From: Candidatus Uhrbacteria bacterium
GTDB taxonomy: Bacteria > Patescibacteriota > Patescibacteriia > UBA9934 > GWF2-40-263
DNA length: 64,000 bases
Assembly: GCA_016844925.1 (NCBI GenBank)
Contig: JAERTI010000020.1
Coordinates: 97 to 64,096, forward strand
Direction: 5' to 3'
Part shown: positions 1 to 8,020 of the stretch, in pieces
How the letters are laid out: each line of letters begins with the position of its first letter
How positions within the stretch are numbered: the first letter of the stretch is position 1
Notes under the pieces: generated by a model
The model's database searches: none
The model's input: the letters and a program-made list of their open reading frames with translations, nothing else
What the model was told of the DNA's origin: nothing
Translations under genes and position numbers: made by a program

Positions 1-160
1 GGCACCATGTGGGTCGGGTCGGCGAGGTTGCCCTCGCGGGTGAAGCCCCGGCCGGGGTCCACGATGACCAGACCGACGTTGCCCTCGGCGGGCAGTTCGT
101 AGACCGTGGTGGTCACCGGAAGCAGGCGCTGCAGGGCAGCCAGATCGCTCTCGGACATGG
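1..160 (-). CDS. Partial CDS (N-terminal ~53 aa; continues beyond the window start); GC-rich; possibly an isochorismatase-like hydrolase
   Basis: Minus-strand ATG at 158-160 preceded by AGGAGAGACACC. The translation begins MSESDLAALQRLLPVTTTVYELPAEGNVGLVIVDPGRGFT. The VIVD...GF stretch loosely resembles the isochorismatase/nicotinamidase N-terminus. The gene is cut by the window edge. Confidence 0.3.
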
Positions 161-260
161 TGTCTCTCCTATGGAACGTTGCTTGCGGAAGCCGCAAGGG
201 CATTTTTACCAGTGTTTACTGATGAAAAGGCCCTTAGGGCTATCAAACTAGCGACGGCAA

Positions 261-289
261 AGATTGCCTGAAATTGGGGGTTTTGTCAA
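261..289 (-). promoter_or_regulatory. Sigma70-like promoter on the minus strand: TTGACA, 17 nt spacer, CAATCT. It drives the partial gene at 1..160 and shares a 14-mer with the promoter at 6542..6570.
   Basis: Plus-strand tgtcaa at 284-289 and agattg at 261-266 with a 17-nt spacer. The 14-mer ATTGACAAAACCCC is identical to the one at 6558-6571. Confidence 0.4.
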
Positions 290-453
290 TGCTTCGTGTG
301 AGAGGTTGTCGCGAGCGCGCCTGGGCGGGTGAGGCCCAGGCCGCACGCTCTTGTTTTGTGAGATCGACCGCTCACGAGATGTTTTGATGATGTATAAATT
401 ACACTAACTTAGAATCGTTTAGAGCGGGAGGAAAATCCTCCCGCGACTAATCG

Positions 454-1128
454 TTACACCACTTGGACAAACACCAGCTTTTTGTCCTTGAATCGGTACA
501 GGGCTGCTGGTCTGTGGGCCTGTCCGTAGCGCTTCTTTCCTGTTGCCTTAATCATGTGCAGTTCAGCAATACGCTTACGGAAGTTTCGCTTATCGAGCGT
601 CTCTCCAAGAATGATCTCGTACACGCGTTGGAGCTCTGTGAGGGTGAACTCTTTTGGGAGCAGGCTCCAGACAATGTTGGTGTATTGGATCTTTGTTTTA
701 ATGCGCTCCACCGTTATCTTGACCACCTGCTTGTGATCATAGGCCAGGGGAGGGAGCTTACTTACCGGCCACCAGCGGACATCCATGTACTTTTCATTGG
801 TGGTGAGAGACACTTTTTCATCTGGCACCAGGGCAACGTGAGCGACAGAGATGACACGGCCGGCTGGGTCGCGATCTGGTTCATCAAAGGTCATAAGTTG
901 TTCTAGGTAGACCTGTGTGAGCCCGGTTGATTCTTTGAGAATCCGTTGGGCGGCTGTTTCTGTTGTTTCGTCTTCCTCGATGAGTCCACCTGGGAGTGCC
1001 CACTGTGCTTCAAAGGGAGCTTTTTTCATCTGGATAAGAAGGACGCAGAGTTCATCTTCACGAATGGTGAGAATGGCAGCGTCTACAGCAACCTTAATGT
1101 TTTGTGTGGAAGCGTGATACTTGGCCAT
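454..1128 (-). CDS. nrtR: NrtR-like Nudix-related transcriptional regulator (N-terminal Nudix domain plus C-terminal winged helix)
   Basis: The Nudix box is GGLIEEDETTETAAQRILKESTGL. The C-terminal half (FTLTELQRVYEIILGETLDKRNFRKRI...RPAALYRF) matches the NrtR DNA-binding domain signature. The likely start is the ATG at 1128 (MAKYHAST); the ORF track extends to a TTG at 1158. Confidence 0.65.
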   Translation of the reverse strand: MAKYHASTQNIKVAVDAAILTIREDELCVLLIQMKKAPFEAQWALPGGLIEEDETTETAAQRILKESTGLTQVYLEQLMTFDEPDRDPAGRVISVAHVALVPDEKVSLTTNEKYMDVRWWPVSKLPPLAYDHKQVVKITVERIKTKIQYTNIVWSLLPKEFTLTELQRVYEIILGETLDKRNFRKRIAELHMIKATGKKRYGQAHRPAALYRFKDKKLVFVQVV

Positions 1129-1215
1129 AAAGAGGAAACTAGCGCTTATTGGTGTCAATTATACACAAAGTAATCTGGGTGTCAAGCAGGGAAAAAACCG
1201 TTATACTTTTTGCGT

Positions 1216-1785
1216 ATGAAATTGGAGCACATAGAAGCAGTTACTTGGAAATCCATCTGGGAAGACTGGCGCAAGAACGAAGAAGAATCGTGGCGCGTCC
1301 ACTACACAGAGCGCGGTTTTGATTCTTGGGATGCCTGGCGTTCTCGCTATTTTGAAGTCTTCGATCCTCGTAAGTTCTCTTGGAGTCAGTATCGTCTTGA
1401 GGACCCGCTTGCAGATGTGCCTGAGATGTTTGTTGGGCCGTTCCGTGGGTGGGTGCCGTATTATGAAGATCGTGAACAGTCTCGATTTAAAAACATTATT
1501 CAGCATCCAAAGTTTCTCGGAGATGAAAAGGATGTGAAGGTACGTGAGATTGTTCGATCGTTTCCGGAGAAGACACAGCTCATCGCACTGCGTTGCAAGG
1601 ACAAGGTTATGATTGTAGAGGGGACGCATCGTAGTTGCGCAATTGCGTTGGCGGCTCAGGAGGGGTTGGGTCTTGAAAGTGAGATCTTGATCGCGCTTAC
1701 AGATGTTGATGAACAGACGTTTGAAAACGTAGTTAATCATGTGGTGGTCGTGCCCTATGCGCACGAGTTAAAAGAACAGGTATGA
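1216..1785 (+). CDS. Hypothetical protein, apparently transcribed as a leaderless mRNA
   Basis: 190-aa ORF (MKLEHIEAVTWKS...). TATACT at 1203-1208 lies 7 nt before the ATG at 1216. A 4-nt ATGA overlap joins it to the downstream hydrolase gene. Confidence 0.5.
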   Translation: MKLEHIEAVTWKSIWEDWRKNEEESWRVHYTERGFDSWDAWRSRYFEVFDPRKFSWSQYRLEDPLADVPEMFVGPFRGWVPYYEDREQSRFKNIIQHPKFLGDEKDVKVREIVRSFPEKTQLIALRCKDKVMIVEGTHRSCAIALAAQEGLGLESEILIALTDVDEQTFENVVNHVVVVPYAHELKEQV

Positions 1786-2522
1786 GATTGAAACGAGGTT
1801 TGTTTGCCAATGAGATCGTCGCGGAGTTTTTGCCGCCGGTACGGCCCTCGAATCGAGTGGTGGTGCTCTGTGACGGACTTCCTTCAACACCAGGAAAAGC
1901 ATCGGTGGTGAAGTGGTTCTCTCAAAAGGGGTACTGGTGTTTTAATCTTCGGTACCGAGGGACATGGGAGAGTCGCGGGACGTTTCTTGACCATGAGCCA
2001 GCGCAGGACATCTTTGATTTAATCGAGGCGCTGCCGCAGGGCTTTACGTCAATTTGGACCAAGGAGACGTTTTCTGTCGAGCCGGAGTTTGTGGCCGTTG
2101 TGGGGGCGAGCTTTGGTGGGACGGCGGCGCTCATGGCGGCGCTGGACGATCGTATTGATAAAGTTGTGGCGCTCTCGCCAGTAGTCGATTGGACCGATGA
2201 AAGCGAGGATGAACCGATGGATTGGCTTGGGGAGGTGATTGCGCAGGGGTACGGGGGTGCTATTCGTGTTGCTCCGGAGGATTGGGCGCGGCTCAGTCGT
2301 GGGGAGTTGTATCAACCTGCCGCGCACACCCATCAATTTGATCCACACAAGCTCTTCATCGTCCACGCGCAGGATGATAAAGTAGTACATATAGGGCCGA
2401 CACTTGAGCTCATTGAGAAGACTGGTTGCAAGGGGAAGATTCTGAAGAAAGGAGGGCATTTCTCCTCTCGTGCCGTGACCAAGTGGCCCCTTAGCTGGCA
2501 GGTTCAACGATTCCTTTCCTAG
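1782..2522 (+). CDS. Alpha/beta hydrolase (dienelactone hydrolase / S9-like)
   Basis: Nucleophile elbow VGASFGG plus a downstream acid/His region (IVHAQDDKVVH). Translationally coupled to the upstream ORF. Confidence 0.6.
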   Translation: MRLKRGLFANEIVAEFLPPVRPSNRVVVLCDGLPSTPGKASVVKWFSQKGYWCFNLRYRGTWESRGTFLDHEPAQDIFDLIEALPQGFTSIWTKETFSVEPEFVAVVGASFGGTAALMAALDDRIDKVVALSPVVDWTDESEDEPMDWLGEVIAQGYGGAIRVAPEDWARLSRGELYQPAAHTHQFDPHKLFIVHAQDDKVVHIGPTLELIEKTGCKGKILKKGGHFSSRAVTKWPLSWQVQRFLS

Positions 2523-2523
2523 T

Positions 2524-2883
2524 ATGCGTGCAAAACTCACCTACATTTCCATCATCGCGATCACGGCATTTATTCCGTGGCTGATTACACTTGCGGCACT
2601 TGGCCCGGCGAGTTCTCTACCTAGGATCGCATTTTTGGCCGTACACTATCTTCTTATTATCTTGCTCTTTGGGGTGGCGTTTGCGAATTACTTCAAGGGA
2701 CACCGAAAGGAAGATCCGTTTACCGTCATGGGGGTGGCGATGTTGAGCTTGTTTGTTTACGAGATTGTCTATTTCAAATTTCTCTACGAGGGAGAGCTCT
2801 GGTTCCTGACCTATTGGGACTGGATTGTCCCTGCATTCCTTATTGCTTCAACGATTTATTTCGTCGGAAAGGCCTTCAAGTGA
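2524..2883 (+). CDS. Small integral membrane protein, paralog A of 14042..14398
   Basis: 119 aa with about 4 predicted TM helices. Its C-terminal region EIVYFKFLYEGELWFLTYWDWIVPAFLIASTIYFVGKAF aligns with ELVVFRYLYSGERWFLNWADWILPVFLALTTVYAAGVF of the 14042 ORF. Confidence 0.6.
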   Translation: MRAKLTYISIIAITAFIPWLITLAALGPASSLPRIAFLAVHYLLIILLFGVAFANYFKGHRKEDPFTVMGVAMLSLFVYEIVYFKFLYEGELWFLTYWDWIVPAFLIASTIYFVGKAFK

Positions 2884-2948
2884 AGGCCTTTTCTAATAGA
2901 AGTAAGTCTGTTACGCTCCTTCGGCACAACCAACTGGGAAGGTGCATT

Positions 2949-3809
2949 ATGGGGAAAAAGTTCCTGGGAGGCGCGATCCTCTTCCTGTTCGTGCTGGGGA
3001 TGCTCTTCATCGCGATTCCTCAGCTGCTCTCGCGAAGAGCGCTGAACTGGCTCCGTCGCGCAGACGATGACGTCAGGAGTTTCACAGAGCGTCAGTGGCA
3101 GGCCACGTGGGCCCGTCGCTACTGGCGGCTCTTCTGCCACATCATGGGCATGAGCATGCCCCCCAAGTTCCTGGGGGAGCGTCACACCATGGGTGGGCCG
3201 TACATCTATGTGCTCAACCACCGCTGTGTCCTGGATCACTTTCTGGGACAGCACGTCCTGGCGTGCTCGGGGGTGAAGGACAGCCTCTGGGTGATCAAGC
3301 AGCAGATGGCCAATGAGCCTGTTCTGGGCAAGTCCATGGGGGGCGCTGGCTACGCGCTGGTCAAGCGAGGGGGAGAAGATCCCGAAGGTGATCGAGAGCG
3401 GATTCGTCAGATGGCGCGTCGGGCCAAGCGGATCGGCGCGTCCGTGGTCATCTACGCCGAGGGCACGCGCTACGACGCGCGTGAGTGGGAGAGTTTGGGG
3501 CGTCACAGCGACTACGCTCCGCATTTGGCTCCGCCCCGCATCACGGGCTTTGCCGAGCTGTGCGACGAGCTCCCGGACTGGCCGGTGAAGGTTGTCTGCA
3601 TGGATTGGCGCGGCATGATCGGCGGCAAGACCATCTGGGATGGCGAAGCCTACGCCGGCCTGCATGGTCGTGTGCTCATCTGGGAAGAGGAGAACCCGGG
3701 CAAGGACGGAGCGCGCGAGTTCCTCTACAGCATGTGGGACCGCATGTACAACGAGATGAGTGGTCAGGCCGACACGCGCCTGAAGATCGCTCGCGCACGC
3801 GAGGCCTGA
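2949..3809 (+). CDS. Lysophospholipid (1-acyl-sn-glycerol-3-phosphate) acyltransferase-like membrane protein; GC-rich
   Basis: N-terminal TM helix followed by the HX4D acyltransferase motif (NHRCVLD). The likely start is the ATG at 2949 (MGKKFLGG). GC is clearly higher than in the ribosomal region. Confidence 0.5.
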   Translation: MGKKFLGGAILFLFVLGMLFIAIPQLLSRRALNWLRRADDDVRSFTERQWQATWARRYWRLFCHIMGMSMPPKFLGERHTMGGPYIYVLNHRCVLDHFLGQHVLACSGVKDSLWVIKQQMANEPVLGKSMGGAGYALVKRGGEDPEGDRERIRQMARRAKRIGASVVIYAEGTRYDAREWESLGRHSDYAPHLAPPRITGFAELCDELPDWPVKVVCMDWRGMIGGKTIWDGEAYAGLHGRVLIWEEENPGKDGAREFLYSMWDRMYNEMSGQADTRLKIARAREA

Positions 3810-3862
3810 GAGCCTCACACCTGTCGATTTATCGGCAGGTTTTTTGATAGACTGGTAGAGTC

Positions 3863-4204
3863 ATGCCAATCTTTTATTACAATGATGCGTGTTCCTACTG
3901 TCGACAGTGGGCAAGGTGGTGCGAGGGTCGTGTTGACTCTCAGGTTCAGTTTGAGCCATTGCCAGAAGATGATCCAAAGACAACGCCAAAGTTTCTTACC
4001 TCTGGTGGAGTGGTGCTTGAGGGTGTCCATGGCATTGTTGAGATGCTTGCGCTTAGTCCGTCATGGCGCTGGCCTCGCTTCATGTATCGTTTTGTTCCTG
4101 GTGTAGCTGTATTTTCAGAATGGTTCTTTTCGTATCTATCTCAGTGCCCAGTTTGCGCAGAACGTATTTCTGGTAAATTATTGCGAGTGAAGAAAAAGCG
4201 CTAA
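3863..4204 (+). CDS. Thiol-disulfide oxidoreductase of the DCC family (DUF393)
   Basis: The N-terminus MPIFYYNDACSYCRQWARW carries the Y-x-D/N-x-C-x2-C signature of DCC-family proteins. Confidence 0.5.
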   Translation: MPIFYYNDACSYCRQWARWCEGRVDSQVQFEPLPEDDPKTTPKFLTSGGVVLEGVHGIVEMLALSPSWRWPRFMYRFVPGVAVFSEWFFSYLSQCPVCAERISGKLLRVKKKR

Positions 4205-4309
4205 ATACAGGTCTTTTTTTATGCGGTGTCCACAGCCGTTTTTTTATATCCCTTAACAAGATTGCCAACTCCGTCTATACTTCCGGCGTTTTTAAGATTA
4301 AACAACGTT

Positions 4310-5704
4310 ATGTCTGAGATTGTGAACCATGCGAAGGCACTATGGCGCGCAAAGCGTTTCCATGTGATCTCCTTCGCTTTTTTAATTGTCCTCGCGGCAA
4401 ATAGTGTTGCTGCAGGCGGAGGTGGAGGAGCTGAGGGACACGGAGCAAGTATTACCTTGCTTTGGATCGCCGTCATTTTGATCGCGGCTAAGCTTGCGTC
4501 ACTCGTAGAGCGATGGGGTCAGCCGGCTGTGCTCGGTGAGCTGGTCATGGGTGTGATTCTCGGAAACTTGTTCATGGCAGGGATCGACGTGTTTGAGTCC
4601 ATCAAACATGACGAGATCATTGCGTTCCTTTCTGAGCTTGGTGTGATCATCTTGCTCTTCCAGATCGGACTGGAATCCAACATTGCTGAAATGAAGAAGG
4701 TGGGAGTGCGCGCTCTGATGGTTGCTATCATTGGTGTGGTCGCTCCGTTTGTTCTCGGTGCCTATGTGGTTGGGCCATGGCTCATGCCAGGCATGGAGAT
4801 GGTTGCGTACCTCTTCTTGGGTGCAGCTCTTACCGCTACCTCTGTAGGTATTACCGCCCGCGTGTTCAAGGACCTTGGTAAGTTGCAGACAAAGGAGGCA
4901 CAGATTGTTCTTGGTGCCGCCGTATTTGATGATGTATTTGGTCTGATCATCCTCGCGGTGGTGAGTGCTATTGCGACTATTGGCGCTGTATCCGTTGGCG
5001 CTGTAAGTATCATTGTTGCCAAAGCGTTCTTGTTTCTGGCCGGTTCTGTGGTTCTGGGAATGCTCATGGCTCCACGTCTTGGAAAGATTTTTTCAAAGAT
5101 TCACACCGGTGTGGGCATGAAGTTTACTTTGGCCGTGTCCATCTGTTTGATCTTTGCTTACGTGGCCGGACTCATCGGCTTGGCACCAATCATTGGTGCG
5201 TTTGCTGCCGGATTGGTTCTGGATCCTGTGCACTTCCGTTACTTTAAGGCGCCAAAGATGGTGAATGACGTGAAGAAGCTTGCAGAAAAGCACAATGGAG
5301 AGTTCAAGGAAGAATTGGAAGAGGCTTTGGAGCACCATGGCCATCGTCACATTGAGGATTTGATCGAGCCACTCGCTTACTTCCTTGTGCCAATCTTCTT
5401 TATTGTTACAGGTATGAAGGTGGCTCTTGAGAGTCTCTTCAACACACAAATCCTTGGTGTGGCTTTGGCTATTACCGTTGTAGCTATCATCGGTAAGTAC
5501 ATCTCTGGATATGCTGCCGGAAACGTGAACAAGAAAATTGTTGGTGTTGGAATGATTCCTCGTGGAGAGGTGGGGCTTATTTTCGCAGCGATTGGTCAGA
5601 GTCTTGGCGTGCTTTCAGATGACCTGTTCTCTGTCATTATTGTCATGGTGATCTTGACTACCCTCATGGCACCACCGATTCTCGCGAAGTTGCTCAAGAA
5701 ATAA
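4310..5704 (+). CDS. Monovalent cation:proton antiporter (CPA1/CPA2, Na+/H+ exchanger family)
   Basis: Multi-TM protein with the typical exchanger core (VLGELVMGVILGN..., GLESN...) and a polar insertion in the middle. The start is likely the ATG at 4310. Confidence 0.65.
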   Translation: MSEIVNHAKALWRAKRFHVISFAFLIVLAANSVAAGGGGGAEGHGASITLLWIAVILIAAKLASLVERWGQPAVLGELVMGVILGNLFMAGIDVFESIKHDEIIAFLSELGVIILLFQIGLESNIAEMKKVGVRALMVAIIGVVAPFVLGAYVVGPWLMPGMEMVAYLFLGAALTATSVGITARVFKDLGKLQTKEAQIVLGAAVFDDVFGLIILAVVSAIATIGAVSVGAVSIIVAKAFLFLAGSVVLGMLMAPRLGKIFSKIHTGVGMKFTLAVSICLIFAYVAGLIGLAPIIGAFAAGLVLDPVHFRYFKAPKMVNDVKKLAEKHNGEFKEELEEALEHHGHRHIEDLIEPLAYFLVPIFFIVTGMKVALESLFNTQILGVALAITVVAIIGKYISGYAAGNVNKKIVGVGMIPRGEVGLIFAAIGQSLGVLSDDLFSVIIVMVILTTLMAPPILAKLLKK

Positions 5705-5780
5705 AGCTGAAGTTAAAAAAGCTGCCCACGGGCAGCTTTTTTGTTTGCAAGAAAAAATCCCTGCCAGAAGGGCAGGGGGT

Positions 5781-6509
5781 CTACTCGCTGAACCAGCGCT
5801 CGATGCGTTCGAGCGAAGGTTGGACGCGGTGGAAGCTCTCGCTGGCGATCAGACTGTGATCACCTGCGACACGAACGACCTTCACGCGCTCGTCGGGGTA
5901 GGTGGCGTGGGCGACGAAGAAGTCCTTCTCCGGCACGATGGCCATCACCTCGCAGGGCAGCGGAGGCATCCACAGGCGCAGCGGAGGCATGGAGATCTGC
6001 CTCACGGCGCCACAGGGCTCCGGGTGCAGTGCGCGCTTGATCTGCTCACGCAGCGTGGCACGGCGATCGGGGTTGGTGCCACCCAGGAGCATGGCATCGA
6101 TCTGTTCGTCGGTGTCCAGCTCCAGGTCCTTGCCCAGCAGCACGCGCCACAGAGGGGCGAAGGCGATCATCAGGCCATGGATGAGCACGGCGATGCGGAT
6201 GCCACGCCGTTCCATGCCACCGAAGAGGGCGACCTTCTTGAAGAGCCCCGGTTGCTTGGCCGCAACGCCGCGAATGACCTGCGCCCCCATGCTGAACCCG
6301 ATGGCATAGCAGCCGTTGGGAAGCAGGGAGAGGTCGATGTGGGCGTTGTTGACGTAGCCCTTCAGGCTCGTGCCCTTGTAGTGAAGGATCACCACATTCC
6401 AGTCGGAGAAGAAGGCGATCACGTGGCGGAACCACCAGCGGACGTACTTCTTGTTCTTGTTTCCCCAGGCGCCGGGGAACAGCACTACGGTGCGCTTGGC
6501 GTCTCCCAT
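5781..6509 (-). CDS. Alpha/beta hydrolase, paralog of 13039..13959; GC-rich
   Basis: GxSxG elbow YAIGFSMG matches YAIGFSYGG in the 13039 ORF. RBS TTAAGGAGG lies before the ATG at 6509. Confidence 0.55.
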   Translation of the reverse strand: MGDAKRTVVLFPGAWGNKNKKYVRWWFRHVIAFFSDWNVVILHYKGTSLKGYVNNAHIDLSLLPNGCYAIGFSMGAQVIRGVAAKQPGLFKKVALFGGMERRGIRIAVLIHGLMIAFAPLWRVLLGKDLELDTDEQIDAMLLGGTNPDRRATLREQIKRALHPEPCGAVRQISMPPLRLWMPPLPCEVMAIVPEKDFFVAHATYPDERVKVVRVAGDHSLIASESFHRVQPSLERIERWFSE

Positions 6510-6541
6510 CAGGGCCTCCTTAAGGTGAGGGGTGACTGGGG

Positions 6542-6570
6542 AGATTAGGAGAGCCGTGGGGTTTTGTCAA
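6542..6570 (-). promoter_or_regulatory. Sigma70-like promoter for the hydrolase at 5781..6509 (TTGACA, 17 nt, TAATCT)
   Basis: Plus-strand tgtcaa at 6565-6570 and agatta at 6542-6547. Shares the 14-mer ATTGACAAAACCCC with 277-290. Confidence 0.45.
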
Positions 6571-6598
6571 TAAAAAGGACCCAACGTGTTGTCGGGTC
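6571..6598 (-). terminator. Intrinsic terminator after island gene 1
   Basis: GC-rich hairpin (GACCCGACAACACGTTGGGTCC on the minus strand) followed by TTTTTA. Confidence 0.4.
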
Positions 6599-6609
6599 AG
6601 TGTTCACGG

Positions 6610-8019
6610 CTACTGCTCGTGAATGATTCGACTGATGCGCGCCATGACCTTGTGGGCCAACGGGAAGCGGTGTTCATCTGGAATCTTGACGTGGTATCGA
6701 CCGCCCTGAGCACGGACGAGTCTTTTGCTCACCATGTCCTGGAGTGTCGCTGCGAAGACTCGTCGTGGAGAGGAGACGTCAGGAAGGAACTGGCGACACA
6801 TGCGCCACAGGCGGTTTTCGTTGAGGTGAGGACTCGCAGCGAAGGTTATGAGCCTGTTTCCTTCACGAAGAAACCCGCAGAGCAGGATGGCCCGCGCGAA
6901 GGGGATGTTCAGGTCAGGGAACAGGTCCTCGAGTTCCAGCTTCTCCATCAGTTGCGGGAAGTCGGTGGCCCCGGTGGCCTGTTCGCGTTTCCTGTAGTTT
7001 GGGTGGTGACGCTTCAGACCGGTGAACTTCGTTCGTTCGGTTTTTGGTTCCGGGAGTGAGAGACGTTGTCTCTCAAGAGTGTGTCGCCGCTGCTCTTCAT
7101 GGAGCATCTTCCAGGCATCGTAATCGTCTTTTGTTCCGCCCAGGGCGAAGAAGTCGACCAGGGACAGGTCGTTTTTGAACGGCTCCCACGCGTTACACAC
7201 CGCAACAAGCTGGTCGAATGTGTCCATTCTGTAGACGATGGATGCGTCCGAGCAGATGGCCTTGAGGTGACGCGCGTTGAGGTATCCGTTGACGATGTAT
7301 CGAAGCAGGTTATCAACCACCTGGATGTCGGTAGCGTCTGCGAGCTGAGCGATGCGGCCGCAGCTTACCCGTCTGCGGTTCGCCTCTTTGATCATCATCC
7401 ACAACTTTGGGATGCCGACTTTCACACCGTGAGGTGAGGTGTATGCCGCGTATGGTGTGGGGACGTTCCAGCTTTGAAAAAGCTTCGTGACCAGCTGCAG
7501 CTGTGCACTGTTTCCCAGAGGGGTGCCAATGCTTGGCTGCTCATGCCCCGGTCTCCAACCGTAGAGTTCGGCCATGAACCTGAACATGTGTCCGCAGCGT
7601 TTCCATATAGGCATCTTCATCAGGTGCCTGATTGCTGGAACGGCTTCGCCCCAGTTCAGCATGGCTGTTGCCGCCTGGACGAATTCCAGGGTTTCGACCC
7701 ATGAGAGCTGACCGAACCCCCAGTGCTCCATGATGGCGAGTGTGTTGAGAGCGTGGTCAGCTCGTCCTCCACACGCGTCGACCAGTGCCCCGAGGAATTG
7801 TTCGGTATTGGGCAGGCACACAGCGCCCACGCCGGTGGAGAGAGTGATGATCCTTTCCAGTGCCTGATGAGCCTCCTTTCTTAGGCTCGGCTTCATGTTG
7901 GATTGTTCCACGAAACTTCTGGTCACGGCGACGACAGTCTCCGCTGGCAGTGAGGTTTCGTAGAAGTACGGACTCAGGTCAAGGCGCGGTGCCTCGACCG
8001 GTGATTCGGTGGTCGACAT
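6610..8019 (-). CDS. Island paralog 1 of an unrecognised four-member family (C-terminal winged-helix-like module, KRHH motif)
   Basis: Likely start is the ATG at 8019 (MSTTESP); the ORF track extends to 8085 through the leader hairpin. Central motif ALGGTKDDYDAWKML, basic motif GLKRHHPNY, C-terminus LQDMVSKRLVRAQGGRYHVKI. Shares its C-terminal architecture with 8141, 9760 and 11400. Confidence 0.6.
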   Translation of the reverse strand: MSTTESPVEAPRLDLSPYFYETSLPAETVVAVTRSFVEQSNMKPSLRKEAHQALERIITLSTGVGAVCLPNTEQFLGALVDACGGRADHALNTLAIMEHWGFGQLSWVETLEFVQAATAMLNWGEAVPAIRHLMKMPIWKRCGHMFRFMAELYGWRPGHEQPSIGTPLGNSAQLQLVTKLFQSWNVPTPYAAYTSPHGVKVGIPKLWMMIKEANRRRVSCGRIAQLADATDIQVVDNLLRYIVNGYLNARHLKAICSDASIVYRMDTFDQLVAVCNAWEPFKNDLSLVDFFALGGTKDDYDAWKMLHEEQRRHTLERQRLSLPEPKTERTKFTGLKRHHPNYRKREQATGATDFPQLMEKLELEDLFPDLNIPFARAILLCGFLREGNRLITFAASPHLNENRLWRMCRQFLPDVSSPRRVFAATLQDMVSKRLVRAQGGRYHVKIPDEHRFPLAHKVMARISRIIHEQ

Positions 8020-8020
8020 A

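Noticed and set aside
2856-3818. Minus-strand 320-aa ORF
   Set aside because: It is antisense to the acyltransferase gene (HX4D motif, TM helix, sensible start at 2949). It is a GC-rich antisense artefact.
5745-6548. Long plus-strand ORF (267 aa), with nested ORFs 5902..6309 and 6046..6435
   Set aside because: It is entirely antisense to the alpha/beta hydrolase gene 5781..6509, which has an RBS, a GxSxG motif and a paralog. The product is an Ala/Gly/Arg-rich translation typical of spurious reverse-strand ORFs in GC-rich DNA.
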